Assembly (NCBI GenBank): GCA_965140585.1
Contig: OZ223268.1
Span: forward strand, 1-64,000
Length of the DNA: 64,000 nt
Direction: 5' to 3'
DNA from: Spirochaetia bacterium
GTDB taxonomy: Bacteria > Spirochaetota > Spirochaetia > UBA9216
Position 1 is the stretch's first letter. Every line of letters starts with the position of its first letter. Positions 1 to 10,132 of this stretch are shown piece by piece. A program made the position numbers and the translations under genes. Below the pieces are notes generated by a model. It was not told the DNA's origin and ran no database searches. It was given only the letters and a program-made list of their open reading frames with translations.

Positions 1-694
1 CTGCAGTTAGACCGCCGACCATATAAGCGGCCATCTTTGTTTTTACAACTGATATCCCGGAGTATGAAACGGCTGACGAATTATTTCCAATCGCAAAGAT
101 TCTACGACCGTAGGTTGTGTAGTGAAAAATCACGGCAAAAACAGCAACAATCACAAAAAAGACAGGGAGCATCAGCGGCACGGCAAAGGGACCAAGCGTC
201 TTGCTGCCGAGAAACATGTATGTTGCATCAAAACCTGTATATCCCACTTCGGAGCCGATTATGAAAGCAAGACCGCGGTAGGCTCCCATGGTTCCCAAAG
301 TAACCGCAAGTGAGGGAAGTCTGAGCTTTGCAACCAGGAATCCGTTTAAGGCACCGAGACAGGCAGCTACTATAAAAATCATGATGATGGCTGCAGGAAG
401 CGGCATCTGTGCAGCCGAGGCCTTTGACAGAAGCACTGTGCATACCGCAAGTATGGATGGAAGTGAAAGATCCATTTCACCGGTTATTATTACTCCCATG
501 AGGCCGAGGGCCATTATTCCGGTGAATACGAAGTTACGTGATGAATAAAGCAGCTGAAATGCGTTCAGGTAGTAGGGAGACATTCTGCTGAACCAGAATA
601 CGGCAACAGCAATCAGTCCCCATAGAATCAGCTCCCATCTGTAATGTTTAGCCCATATTTTTAGTGAAAACATCTTCTTACTTCCTTTATTCAT
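1..694 (-). CDS. Sugar ABC transporter permease (RbsC/RhaQ/LsrD-like), runs off the window edge
   Basis: Missing from the ORF track because it has no stop in the window. Translated by hand from ATG 694: MNKGSKKMFSLKIWAKHYRWELILWGL...GEMDLSLPSI...GALNGFLVAKLRLPSLAVTLGTMGAYRGLA...RRIFAIGNNSSAVSYSGISV, which has BPD_transp_2 motifs. Overlaps the stop of the upstream permease. Confidence 0.9.
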   Translation of the reverse strand, partial: MNKGSKKMFSLKIWAKHYRWELILWGLIAVAVFWFSRMSPYYLNAFQLLYSSRNFVFTGIMALGLMGVIITGEMDLSLPSILAVCTVLLSKASAAQMPLPAAIIMIFIVAACLGALNGFLVAKLRLPSLAVTLGTMGAYRGLAFIIGSEVGYTGFDATYMFLGSKTLGPFAVPLMLPVFFVIVAVFAVIFHYTTYGRRIFAIGNNSSAVSYSGISVVKTKMAAYMVGGLTA

Positions 695-1715
695 GTTTGA
701 ACATCTTCTGTATTCTTCTTTCAATTCCGGCATCAAGCGCAATCGCAACAACTATTGCTGTACCCTGGATAAACATTCTCCAGAATTCCGGAGCACGGGC
801 CAGAACCAGACCGTTATCTATAGAAGAAAGAATAAGAGCGCCGAAGAGGACTCCGAAAAGACTGCCGCTTCCGCCGGTTGTACTCACCCCGCCAAGAACT
901 ACTGCAGCCAGGGCCGTCATCTCCCAGTCACGTCCGAGGTTGACTGTAATGGTTCCGACCCTGGATATATAGAGGAAGGCGGCAAGGCCGACCAGTGCAC
1001 CTGCGAAACTGTAGGCAAGCAGAATCACACGGTTTGCCCTGAGTCCGTAGAAGATAGCGGCATCCGGATTTGAACCGATAGCATAGATCCTTCTGAACAG
1101 TGGGATGTTGCTCAGCAGATAACTGAGAACAATGACTATTGCTATTGCAATAAGAACAATGAATGGAATACCCAGTATTGTCGCGTCAGCACTTTTAATC
1201 ATCCACTGTGGAAGATCGCCTGACGGAACTTCTACACCATGCCCGATGATGTAGGTGATGCCGCGGAAAATGGAAAGCGTACCCAAAGTAGCAACAATCG
1301 ATGGAACCCTTCCGTAAGCGACAATCAGCCCATTGATAATTCCCATTGCCAGTCCAATCAGTACTGCAAACAGAATGATCATGATACCCGAATGCGGAAA
1401 TGCCTGTGCAAGCTTTGCTGCAGCATAACCGGCGAGGCCTATAATTGAACCGACTGAAACATCGAGGTTTCTTGTAAGAACAACCAGAGCCTCTGCACAG
1501 GCAATTATTGTAAGAAGCGCTGCATTGAATGCAATGATCTTCATGTTCTGGAGTGTAAAAAAGTTATCAGTTGTAAAACCGAATATTGCAATTACTATCA
1601 GAAAAGAAAGAAATACCGATACAACACGAAGACGCAGAGTGTTTCGCGATATATTTGATGCAATATTTGATCTGAGACCGGGTTTTCCGGATGTCTGTGT
1701 ATCTTTGATGCCCAT
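687..1715 (-). CDS. Sugar ABC transporter permease (RhaP/LsrC-like)
   Basis: LTRNLDVSVGS, VPSIVATLGTLSIFRG, IYAIGSNPDAA and LAAVVLGGVS motifs; highly hydrophobic. Confidence 0.92.
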   Translation of the reverse strand: MGIKDTQTSGKPGLRSNIASNISRNTLRLRVVSVFLSFLIVIAIFGFTTDNFFTLQNMKIIAFNAALLTIIACAEALVVLTRNLDVSVGSIIGLAGYAAAKLAQAFPHSGIMIILFAVLIGLAMGIINGLIVAYGRVPSIVATLGTLSIFRGITYIIGHGVEVPSGDLPQWMIKSADATILGIPFIVLIAIAIVIVLSYLLSNIPLFRRIYAIGSNPDAAIFYGLRANRVILLAYSFAGALVGLAAFLYISRVGTITVNLGRDWEMTALAAVVLGGVSTTGGSGSLFGVLFGALILSSIDNGLVLARAPEFWRMFIQGTAIVVAIALDAGIERRIQKMFKHE

Positions 1716-3232
1716 TATTCATCCCCTCCGGCTGAAATATTACCGTTTCCAAGTGAAGCGGCTTCCATTATTTTCTCCTGTGTGGCCTCGTCCTTTGAAA
1801 ACTCTGCTACTATCTTTCCATTGGCGACAACAAGAACCCTGTCCGACATTCCAAGGATTTCCGGTAGATCGGATGATATAAGCAGCACCGGATAACCCGC
1901 TGATGCCAGTTCAGAAACACGCTGATGCACCTGAGACTTAGTGCCTACATCAATGCCGTGGGTAGGTTCATCAAGAATTAGAACCTTCGGCACAGTAGCC
2001 ATCCACTTGGCAAGAACGACCTTCTGTCGGTTTCCGCCGGAAAGGCTTGAAACAGGAGCAGACAGTCCGGCGGTTTTTATCTCAAAATCCTCTGCATAGC
2101 GTCCGGCAAAATCCTCTTCTTTATCACGCTTAGTGAATCCGGCCTTTGCAACCCTGTTGAATGCGGCAATACAGATATTGTCCGAAACACCCAATGAGGT
2201 AATTGCACCGTTAAGATCCCGGTCTTCGGGAATATATGCAATGCCAAGATCCATCATCTGTCTGGGTGTTTTGGGAACAGCCTCGATCCCGTTGACGACC
2301 ACACTGCCCGAAGTCGGTTTGCGAATACCGAAAATTGTTTCTGCAATTTCGGTACGGCCGGCACCGATAAGTCCGGCCATACCTACAACCTCTCCGCCCT
2401 TTATCGAAAAGTTAACATCACTGAAAACTCCGTCAAGTGAAAGGTTGTTTACTTCAAACAGAGGTTCATCGGTTACGGGAGCCTCAACCCTTACAAAAAG
2501 AGATGACAGATCACGGCCAACCATCAGCTGAACCATATCGTGCTCACTCAAATCCTGAGCAGGACCGGTATGAATATGCTCACCGTCACGCAAAACTGTG
2601 ACGGAGTCGCAGACTTCACGTATTTCCTGCAGTCTGTGTGAAATAAAAACTACCGAAACACCCTTCTCTGTAAGAGAGCGTACGATTTTAAAGAATCTGT
2701 CCGCCTCTGTCGGAGTTAACGATGCAGTAGGCTCATCAAGGAAAAGAACCTTTAAATCCGCATACATTGCTCTGACTATCTCAACAAACTGTATTTCCGC
2801 TACGGTCTTTCCTGCAAGCGGAGAGTGCGGGTCAATATCAACACCCAGTTCCCGGAGGCTTCTTCCCGCCTCTCTGTACATCACTGCCTTATCTATCATC
2901 CCTGATTTTGTACGTGGATATATACCCATGAAAATATTTTCAGCCACATCGAGATGCGGAAAAAGTTTAGGGTCCTGATATACTGCTGTAATACCCGCAC
3001 GACGGGCATCGATGGGAGTTTCAAAACGGCATGGAACACCATCCAGGAGTATTTCTCCCGTATCAGGCTGCTGCATACCTGTGATCATTTTTACAAGCGT
3101 CGATTTGCCGGCTCCATTCTCTCCGATAAGGGCATGCGCCGAGCCGGGAGCAACAGAGAATGAGACATTCCTGACAGCTTTAACCGGGCCGAAACTTTTG
3201 CTCACCCCGTTCAGTGTCAATCTGCTTTCCAT
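1715..3232 (-). CDS. Sugar ABC transporter ATP-binding protein, two ATPase domains (RhaT/RbsA-like)
   Basis: Walker A GENGAGKST, LDEPT twice, LSGGNRQK. Start moved to MESRLTL (ATG 3232). Confidence 0.93.
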   Translation of the reverse strand: MESRLTLNGVSKSFGPVKAVRNVSFSVAPGSAHALIGENGAGKSTLVKMITGMQQPDTGEILLDGVPCRFETPIDARRAGITAVYQDPKLFPHLDVAENIFMGIYPRTKSGMIDKAVMYREAGRSLRELGVDIDPHSPLAGKTVAEIQFVEIVRAMYADLKVLFLDEPTASLTPTEADRFFKIVRSLTEKGVSVVFISHRLQEIREVCDSVTVLRDGEHIHTGPAQDLSEHDMVQLMVGRDLSSLFVRVEAPVTDEPLFEVNNLSLDGVFSDVNFSIKGGEVVGMAGLIGAGRTEIAETIFGIRKPTSGSVVVNGIEAVPKTPRQMMDLGIAYIPEDRDLNGAITSLGVSDNICIAAFNRVAKAGFTKRDKEEDFAGRYAEDFEIKTAGLSAPVSSLSGGNRQKVVLAKWMATVPKVLILDEPTHGIDVGTKSQVHQRVSELASAGYPVLLISSDLPEILGMSDRVLVVANGKIVAEFSKDEATQEKIMEAASLGNGNISAGGDE

Positions 3233-3377
3233 AAACCATCCTGTGTCTTTCTTACTGTTAATTACATAAATATTTTCACACGGGATCCGGCAGAAGTACA
3301 TGTAGTCAATCTGCAATTTTTATGGACTATTCTGCAGTTTATGGACAAATTTGCGTTTTTTTGATGTTTGAAAGCTT

Positions 3378-3410
3378 AAAAAAAGCCTGCTGAATATTTT
3401 TCAGCAGGCT
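3378..3410 (-). terminator. Rho-independent terminator after the MCP gene
   Basis: Stem AGCCTGCTGAA/TTCAGCAGGCT followed by a T run on the minus strand. Confidence 0.85.
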
Positions 3411-3429
3411 GTGTTATTTGTCCGGATTT

Positions 3430-5289
3430 TTATTCATTCTTTACTTTAAAAAATGCTATTACATCTTTCATTGTCTCGGCCTGCGAGCTGAGTTCCTCAG
3501 CCATTGAGGCCATCTTCTCTGAGATTGAAGCATTACCCTGAATTACCTTGTTCAGCTCAAGGATTCCCCTGTTAACCTGCTCGGCTCCCGTATTCTGTTC
3601 TGAGCCGGCATGAAAGATCTCCTGAACGAGGTCCGAAGTCTTAGTAATATCCGGAACCAGCTTCTCTATCAGCTCTCCGGCTTTTCTGGCCCTGCCTACA
3701 CTCGACATCGAAATTTCAGAGATTTCTGTTGATGCCTCCTGGCTTCGTCCTGCAAGCTTTCTTACTTCGTCAGCGACCACTGCAAAGCCCTTTCCTGATT
3801 CTCCAGCTCTTGCTGCTTCAATTGCAGCATTAAGAGCAAGCAGATTTGTGTTCCGGGCAATCTCCTCGATAATCGTAATCTTCTCAGTTATTGTGTTCAT
3901 TGCATCGACCATTTCTGAAACCGCAGAACCGCCTTCAGAAGCGTCCGCCGCAGCTTTAGAAGCGATTTTATTTGAATGACTTGCATTTTCAGTATTCTGT
4001 TCGATATTTGCAACAAGCTGCTCCATGCTTGCTGAGATTTCCTCAGTACTGGCAGCCTGTTCACTGGAACCGGCAGAAAGCGCCTGCGCGGTATCACTGA
4101 TTTCGGAACTTCCGCTTGTAACTTCATTCGCGGCAATTGTTATCTGCAGAATTGTCTGATTTATATTTACTGTCATCTTAAAAAGAGATTCGGCAAGGAG
4201 CCCGATTTCATCTTTTCTTTTTATCAGTTTTGAGTCAATTTCGACATCAAGATATCCTTCTGAAATTCTGGCAATTTCACTTGAAATGATTGATACCGGG
4301 CTGGATATACTTCTGCCCAGAAACACACTTACGATAAGGAATATCACAAGTGATGCTATAAAAACTATGATAAATCTGCTTACAAGCGCCCTTATTCCTG
4401 AATTTAGTTCTGTCATTGACGGAACAGCCAGAAGGATCCACCCTGTTGATAGTTTTGAAAAACCAATAATCTGATCGCCGGAATAAAGAACACCGTCCTT
4501 TATTCCATCATCCAGAAGTATCTGTTTATTTTTTTCAAAATCCACTGAATACATTTCAGAAAAACTGCTTCCTTCCAATTCGCTGTCAGGATGCCCGATA
4601 AAATGAAGATCGGTATTCAGAAGTGCAAAATATCCTTCATTCTGAAAACTCTGTGAAAGAAGTTTGTCCTTTAATTGACCAATATAGCTGTCAGTGCCTA
4701 CTACTCCTACGGTGCGCCCTTCGATTTCGACAGAACGGCAGATTGAAACTATGAAAGAATTAAACTCCTCCCAGTAATAGGGATCAGTTATATAGGTTCC
4801 TAATTCTTCTGTTTTATAAAACCATTTCCAGTCATCATTTATAATATCCTGCCTTGTATAAGTTGATTCAGTGTTATAGGTCAGGTTTCCATCATTCTTT
4901 AAATCTCTGATCGAAAGGATTTGTTTCGAACCGGTATATTCCGGAGCCAGCCAGGTATATAGAGTTGTAAGCTTGTTGCCAATCAGGATAGGGCTGCCTA
5001 TTCCTTTCATTTTTTCAATAAAATCTTCAAAAAGCTCATCGTCTCCAATATTTTTTAAATTGAGATTTGCCTCTATTATTGCTTTGTAACTATCGACAAT
5101 AGCGAGTTGTTTCCCGAAAAAACCTTCGAATTCTGCCGCCCATAAGTCTGTTGAAGTTATCAGCATTTCTCTGGTACTTGAATTCAGAGAACTTGTTGAG
5201 CTGCTGATTGTTATGGCCATAAACGCTGAAATTATAATAATAAACGGTATTGTAATAGAGAAAATTATACGGTAAACCATTCGCTTCAT
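3430..5289 (-). CDS. Methyl-accepting chemotaxis protein (TM-dCache-TM-HAMP-MCP signal)
   Basis: [33 protein letters not shown] hairpin; WFY..TDPYY dCache motif; [13 protein letters not shown]. Confidence 0.95.
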   Translation of the reverse strand: MKRMVYRIIFSITIPFIIIISAFMAITISSSTSSLNSSTREMLITSTDLWAAEFEGFFGKQLAIVDSYKAIIEANLNLKNIGDDELFEDFIEKMKGIGSPILIGNKLTTLYTWLAPEYTGSKQILSIRDLKNDGNLTYNTESTYTRQDIINDDWKWFYKTEELGTYITDPYYWEEFNSFIVSICRSVEIEGRTVGVVGTDSYIGQLKDKLLSQSFQNEGYFALLNTDLHFIGHPDSELEGSSFSEMYSVDFEKNKQILLDDGIKDGVLYSGDQIIGFSKLSTGWILLAVPSMTELNSGIRALVSRFIIVFIASLVIFLIVSVFLGRSISSPVSIISSEIARISEGYLDVEIDSKLIKRKDEIGLLAESLFKMTVNINQTILQITIAANEVTSGSSEISDTAQALSAGSSEQAASTEEISASMEQLVANIEQNTENASHSNKIASKAAADASEGGSAVSEMVDAMNTITEKITIIEEIARNTNLLALNAAIEAARAGESGKGFAVVADEVRKLAGRSQEASTEISEISMSSVGRARKAGELIEKLVPDITKTSDLVQEIFHAGSEQNTGAEQVNRGILELNKVIQGNASISEKMASMAEELSSQAETMKDVIAFFKVKNE

Positions 5290-5347
5290 GACTTATCCCC
5301 CATATAAAAATATTCGTATATGGAAAAGGCGAAATCAATCTTCAAAT

Positions 5348-5378
5348 AAAAAAGCCTGCTGAAAATATTTCAACAGGC
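5348..5378 (-). terminator. Rho-independent terminator ending the BMC operon
   Basis: GCCTGTTGAAA/TTTCAGCAGGC stem (one G-U pair) plus T6 on the minus strand, just after the deoC stop. Confidence 0.8.
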
Positions 5379-5405
5379 GGTGTTTATTTACTCAGTTTTA
5401 AAGGT

Positions 5406-6200
5406 TTAGTATCCTGATTCTATGGTCTGTCCCTGTACGATTTTCACCCCGCCGCTTGTTCCAAGCCTGGTTGCTCCAGCGTTGATCATTGCCACAGCAT
5501 CATCAAAGGTTCGGACTCCGCCGGCAGCCTTCACACCCATGTCAGGACCAACTGTTCTTCTCATAAGAGCTACATGCTCGGGAGTTGCACCGTGAGTTGA
5601 GAATCCGGTTGATGTTTTCACAAAATCGGCGCCTGCTTTTTTAGTAATTTCTGAAGCAAGAACAATTTCCTCGGTTGTAAGCAGGGCTGTTTCGATAATA
5701 ACCTTCAGCAGGGCACGCTGTCCGCAGGCGCGTCGTACCCATTTGATATCCTCTTCAACAAGTTTGAGATCACGGTCTTTCATGGCTCCAATATTCATAA
5801 CCATATCAATCTCGGTGGCACCGTCTTCAATGGCATGCCTTGTCTCGAAATTCTTCGCTCTTGAGCTCATTGCACCAAGCGGAAAGCCGACTACACAGCA
5901 GACTTTAACATCAGTGCCCTGAAGATTTTTCGCACAGCGGGCTACCCAGGTAGTATTAACACATACCGAGCAGAAGTTGTACTGTTTTGCCTCAGCACAG
6001 AGTTTATCAATCTGTTCAGCAGTTGCATCAGCTTTAAGCAGGGTGTGATCAATATATTTAGCGATGTCAGAAGGAATTAATACCTTGCTGCTCCCCGACG
6101 GGGCTGCTGCTGACTGCGGAGCCGAAGCAGTTGCGCCCTCATCCTTAAGTTTTTCTACTATTTCTCTGGTTATTTTGTCGATTAGTTCTTTGTCGTCCAT
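5406..6200 (-). CDS. deoC: Deoxyribose-phosphate aldolase with N-terminal encapsulation peptide
   Basis: IDHTLLK, VGFPLGA, VKTSTGF (Schiff-base Lys), [14 protein letters not shown]; extra N-terminal amphipathic helix and Ala/Pro/Ser linker. Confidence 0.95.
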   Translation of the reverse strand: MDDKELIDKITREIVEKLKDEGATASAPQSAAAPSGSSKVLIPSDIAKYIDHTLLKADATAEQIDKLCAEAKQYNFCSVCVNTTWVARCAKNLQGTDVKVCCVVGFPLGAMSSRAKNFETRHAIEDGATEIDMVMNIGAMKDRDLKLVEEDIKWVRRACGQRALLKVIIETALLTTEEIVLASEITKKAGADFVKTSTGFSTHGATPEHVALMRRTVGPDMGVKAAGGVRTFDDAVAMINAGATRLGTSGGVKIVQGQTIESGY

Positions 6201-6203
6201 GAG

Positions 6204-6698
6204 TTAACCATTACCTCTCTCTATTGCCATTATTTTATTGATTCTGGGCCAGTGTCTTCCGCCCTCAAACCTTGTCTCAAGCCAAACCTTGCACATCTCA
6301 CACAGCTCTTCCGGGCTATGCAGGGGACCGCCAAGGGTAAGCACGTTTGCATTATTATGCACCCTGCTGTTTTCTATTGTACGCATGTTGTAGCATAAAG
6401 CAGCCCTGATACCTTTCACCTTATTGCAGGCCATGGAGGAGCCGATTCCCGCTCCGTCTATCATAATGCCGCGATCAGCTTCACCGCTGGCGACACTCTT
6501 TGCAACCTTAAGTGCGTAGTCGGGATAGTCTACACTATCTGTTGAATATGTTCCAACATCTATTACCCTGTACCCGAGAACTTCAAGATATTTTTTCAGG
6601 ATTTCCTTTGACATGTATCCGCCGTGATCTCCGCCTATTGCGACACGGGATACATTCTCTTTCCTGTTTGCTGCTGTAAAATCTGTTTCACCGTACAT
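6204..6698 (-). CDS. rpiB: Ribose-5-phosphate isomerase B family protein (atypical active site)
   Basis: GDHGG, DYPDYA, NKVKGIRAA, HNNANVL, FEGGRH; the usual CGTG motif reads DGAG. Confidence 0.9.
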   Translation of the reverse strand: MYGETDFTAANRKENVSRVAIGGDHGGYMSKEILKKYLEVLGYRVIDVGTYSTDSVDYPDYALKVAKSVASGEADRGIMIDGAGIGSSMACNKVKGIRAALCYNMRTIENSRVHNNANVLTLGGPLHSPEELCEMCKVWLETRFEGGRHWPRINKIMAIERGNG

Positions 6699-6979
6699 TA
6701 CTTACCTTCTTTTACCAAATCTACGCGATCTACGATTGCCGCTGTTACCGTCCTGATTGGCTGAGAGCTCATCCCGAGCATAATACCCGCTGAGCCGCCT
6801 TCATCAATAATCAGAACCGTGTCACCCGCTCCGGCCTGAACAGTATCAACAGCAACAATTTCCTTACCTATTATCTTCCCTTCAGGGTCAACCTGCCGCA
6901 CTATCAGAAGCTTCTGACTTTCAAGTTCACTGCTTTTCTGGGTTGAAACAACCGTTCCGGTAACTTTTGCAAGTATCAT
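6698..6979 (-). CDS. BMC-P pentamer (EutN/CcmL family)
   Basis: MILAKVTGTVVSTQK...VAVDTVQAGAGDTVL...AIVD. Confidence 0.95.
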   Translation of the reverse strand: MILAKVTGTVVSTQKSSELESQKLLIVRQVDPEGKIIGKEIVAVDTVQAGAGDTVLIIDEGGSAGIMLGMSSQPIRTVTAAIVDRVDLVKEGK

Positions 6980-7248
6980 GATTCCGCCCTATCTATTCTG
7001 TCAATGATTCCAAGCACCGCCGCATCGGAAGGGTTAAACCAGTTATCCAGAGCAAGAGCTGCTTCGCGTCCGCCTTCATAGATTACCGTATCACCGGTCC
7101 CGGCCTGAACCGTATCGCAGGCAACAACGGGGCTTCCGCTTTCTTTCATTTGATCATCAAGCGGCTGAACAAGTAGAAATGTTATCCCTTCAAGAGACTC
7201 ATCTTTTTTTGTACATATCACCGTTCCGGTGACCCTTCCTATTTTCAT
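6976..7248 (-). CDS. BMC-P pentamer (EutN/CcmL family)
   Basis: MKIGRVTGTVICTKKD...VACDTVQAGTGD...DAAVLGIID. Confidence 0.95.
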   Translation of the reverse strand: MKIGRVTGTVICTKKDESLEGITFLLVQPLDDQMKESGSPVVACDTVQAGTGDTVIYEGGREAALALDNWFNPSDAAVLGIIDRIDRAES

Positions 7249-7260
7249 GTCCCGGCTCCC

Positions 7261-8681
7261 TTAAACTATTCTGAAATAATCAATAAGCGCACATCGTCTT
7301 TCCCGGGTAAATGTTCTCGCTCTAGTGAAACCTTCCCCGGTGGGACTTGCAATAGTAAAAGATGTGTATCCGGCTCCGCCGGTACCCATTCCATTGAAAT
7401 TGGAACCGTTCTTCACAAACAGAGAGCAGTTGATTACTCGTGCCATTTTTGAAAGTTTTGCAATATTCATTGAGTGCATTGATGCTGAATGGCGGAAACC
7501 ATGTTCAACTTCAACAGCAAATGAGATTGCCTCATCAACATCATCAACCCGTACTAGCGGCATTACCGGCATAAGCTGCTCAGTCCATACCAGAGGGTGG
7601 GATTTATCAACTTCGCAGAGCAGCAGCTTTGTCTCAGGCGGAACAGTGATTCCGGCAGCAGCGGCAATGACCGAGGCATTCCGGCCTACAAACTTCTTGT
7701 TTGCAGCGCCTTCATCACCCTTTCGCCCCGGTTTATCTATGACATTGGCAGTTACGGCTTTGATCTGGTCGCTGTTTAGTTCATAGGCGCCGTTTTTAAC
7801 CATCTCAGCCTTGAGCCTGTCGGCTATAGCCCTTACGGCAATAACTTCCTTCTCACATATGCAGACTATATTGTTATCAAAGCTTGCACCGGCAACAATA
7901 TCCTTACCTGCTTTCACAAGATCCGCGGTCTCATCGACTATACAGGGAGGGTTGCCCGGACCTGCAGCAATAACCTTCTTGGTGGACTGCATTGCCTGCT
8001 TTACAACACCGGACCGCCGGTAACTGTGAGAAGGTTTATGTAGGGATGGGTCATCAGAACCTGAGCGCTTTCTATAGTAGGATTTGCGACAGTAACTATC
8101 AGGTTATCCGGACCGCCGGCCTTTTTTACAGCTTCATTGAGAAGCCCCACCGCAAATACTGAGACATTCTTGGCACCCGGATGGGCGTTGAAGACAACAG
8201 TGTTTCCGGCGGACAGCATGCTTATTGAGTTGTTGATTATTGTCTCTGTCGGGTTGGTACTTGGTGCAATCGCCCCTATCACTCCGTAAGGAGCGCGCTC
8301 CGTCAGTGTCAGGCCGTGGTCATCAGTGAAAGTATTCGGCTGCACATCCTCAACGCCCGGGGTCATGGTCGCGGCAAGGATATTTTTCTTTATTTTATCC
8401 TCGTAACGGCCCATACCTGTTTCCTCAACCGCCATCCGGGCAAATTCCTGAGCATTGGCAGATGCAGTATCACGAATGGACTGAATCACTGCCCGCCGTA
8501 TCTCAAGTGATGTTTCCTGAAATACCTGAAATGACTTATGAGATTCATAAATTGCGGTGTTTATATCGTCAAAGACTCCGGGAACCGGTTTCATTGAATA
8601 TGAAACCTCCTTCTCTTTTCCTGAATATCCGCTGACTATTGATGTCACCATTTCACGAATGGCTGATTCATTAATTTCCAC
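7261..8681 (-). pseudogene. BMC acylating aldehyde dehydrogenase (EutE/PduP family), split by a 1-nt deletion (real or assembly error)
   Basis: ORFs 8001-8681 (PSTNPT, TVTGGP) and 7261-7992 (AGPGNPP, DNNIVCICEK, HSASMHS, FTIASPTGEG) join as TGGPGVVKQAMQS if one C is added at 8009-8010. Confidence 0.9.
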
Positions 8682-9228
8682 TTACATACCCCTTGATATC
8701 AATGTGCGGCACCGGTATTACTACGCTTCTGAAAAGTCTGTCCTTCCCTCGAAGAACCGCGCATGCGGTCTCAACCGCATATTCCATATCGCCGACAGGA
8801 CCATTGAGTTTCAACAGACTTTTTCCGCCGGTTTCATTCCCGGCATTTATTTCAACGATTTCGACTCCGGCGGCTTTCACCGCAGTATCAGCCGCTTCTA
8901 TAGCCGATACAATTGAAGTTGTTTCTATAAGGCCCAGAGCATCCCAGTCTTCAGGCTCCTTCACCTGCTGTATGCAGCCGAGAACCGAATCATCAAGATT
9001 TCTAAGAACTGCCCGATCATATATGGAATCTTCACCCGCTCCATATGCTTCATTCATAGCAGACTCTACCGAAGCAACATCACCGCATATAATTATCAGA
9101 AACTTTCCCGGATTTATAGTTTCGGCTCGGAGTATCTCAACCGGTGCCTGTTTAACCATTGCATCAAGGGCAAAATATCCGTCGGCTATACTCTGGTACT
9201 CAAGCAGTCCTACTATCTCTATACTCAT
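8671..9228 (-). CDS. BMC-T shell protein, PduT-like
   Basis: Tandem BMC domains: GLLEYQSIADG...TINPGKF...GLIETTSIVSAIEAADTAVKAA...GGK. Confidence 0.9.
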   Translation of the reverse strand: MSIEIVGLLEYQSIADGYFALDAMVKQAPVEILRAETINPGKFLIIICGDVASVESAMNEAYGAGEDSIYDRAVLRNLDDSVLGCIQQVKEPEDWDALGLIETTSIVSAIEAADTAVKAAGVEIVEINAGNETGGKSLLKLNGPVGDMEYAVETACAVLRGKDRLFRSVVIPVPHIDIKGYVSGN

Positions 9229-9512
9229 TTGCGGAACACAACCTTATCTTTTTCTTCCACCTGATCAACAATCCCGATAATTATCGCGTCTACAGGTTTA
9301 TCCTTGCTCATTTTAGTCTGCCTAGTTGAGCTGCCCTGCGCTAAAAGCACAAGTTCATCGGCCGAGGCTCCCAGAGGATCGAGTGCGACCATACCGCCGC
9401 TTCCTTCCTTACCTGAAGTATCACAGGGAATCACCAGCAGATACCTGGCTTCATCTATACCATCGGAGCGGATAGCGGACACCACTGTTCCGGCCACCTT
9501 TGCAAGTATCAT
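9225..9512 (-). CDS. BMC-P pentamer (EutN/CcmL family)
   Basis: MILAKVAGTVVSA...VALDPLGA...GSSTRQ...PVDAIIIGIVD. Confidence 0.95.
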   Translation of the reverse strand: MILAKVAGTVVSAIRSDGIDEARYLLVIPCDTSGKEGSGGMVALDPLGASADELVLLAQGSSTRQTKMSKDKPVDAIIIGIVDQVEEKDKVVFRK

Positions 9513-9814
9513 CCGGCTGCCCCGCCTTTTTTATATACGATCTTCCCTGACATATCATAACTGTCCACTATACCGATGATAGTGGCGTCACTCGGCTTAC
9601 CTGCAGTTATATCTGTCTGCCGGCTGCTGCTGCCTCCGACAAAGAATACGATCTCGCCTTCACCGGCTCCGACAGCATCCATAGCCACCACATAATCTTT
9701 TTTGCCTTCAAGAGTCTTTACATCTATCTTTTCAAGAAGGAGCAGTTTTATCCCTTCAAGACGGGCTTCCTTTGCAGTAGAAACTACAGAGCCCATTACT
9801 CTTGCAAGTACCAT
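9509..9814 (-). CDS. BMC-P pentamer (EutN/CcmL family)
   Basis: MVLARVMGSVVSTAK...VAMDAVGAGEGE...GSSSR...DATIIGIVD. Confidence 0.95.
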   Translation of the reverse strand: MVLARVMGSVVSTAKEARLEGIKLLLLEKIDVKTLEGKKDYVVAMDAVGAGEGEIVFFVGGSSSRQTDITAGKPSDATIIGIVDSYDMSGKIVYKKGGAAG

Positions 9815-9816
9815 AA

Positions 9817-10119
9817 TTATTTTTTCCCTTTAGTGTTTCTTCCAAGCGGCAGGACTTCATCGACACTGGCATGAGGTCTGGGAATAATATGCACGCTGAT
9901 TACCTCACCGACCCTCTCGGCTGCCCTACTGCCCGCATCAAGAGCAGCCCTTACTGCGGCTACTTCACCGCGGCAGATTGATGTAATAAAACCGCCTCCG
10001 ATTCTCTTGCATCCTATAAAATCAATATTGGCCGCCTTGGCCATTGCATCAGAGGCTTCAACCATCGCGGCAAATCCTCTTGTTTCTATCATGCCAAGCG
10101 CATTGTTTGTTGTAGACAT
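9817..10119 (-). CDS. BMC-H hexamer shell protein (EutM/PduA family)
   Basis: ALGMIETRG..AMVEASDAMAKAA...RGEVAAVRAA...VHIIPRPH. Confidence 0.96.
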   Translation of the reverse strand: MSTTNNALGMIETRGFAAMVEASDAMAKAANIDFIGCKRIGGGFITSICRGEVAAVRAALDAGSRAAERVGEVISVHIIPRPHASVDEVLPLGRNTKGKK

Positions 10120-10132
10120 TTATCAACTCTCC

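Noticed and set aside
37-548. Short + and - ORFs listed at the window start
   Set aside because: The region is occupied by an unlisted minus-strand permease (1-694)
7992-8003. Programmed frameshift, selenocysteine readthrough, or a natural two-subunit AldDH
   Set aside because: The stop is TAA, there is no slippery heptamer, and the break falls inside the conserved TGGPGVV nucleotide-binding motif; a simple 1-nt deletion explains it
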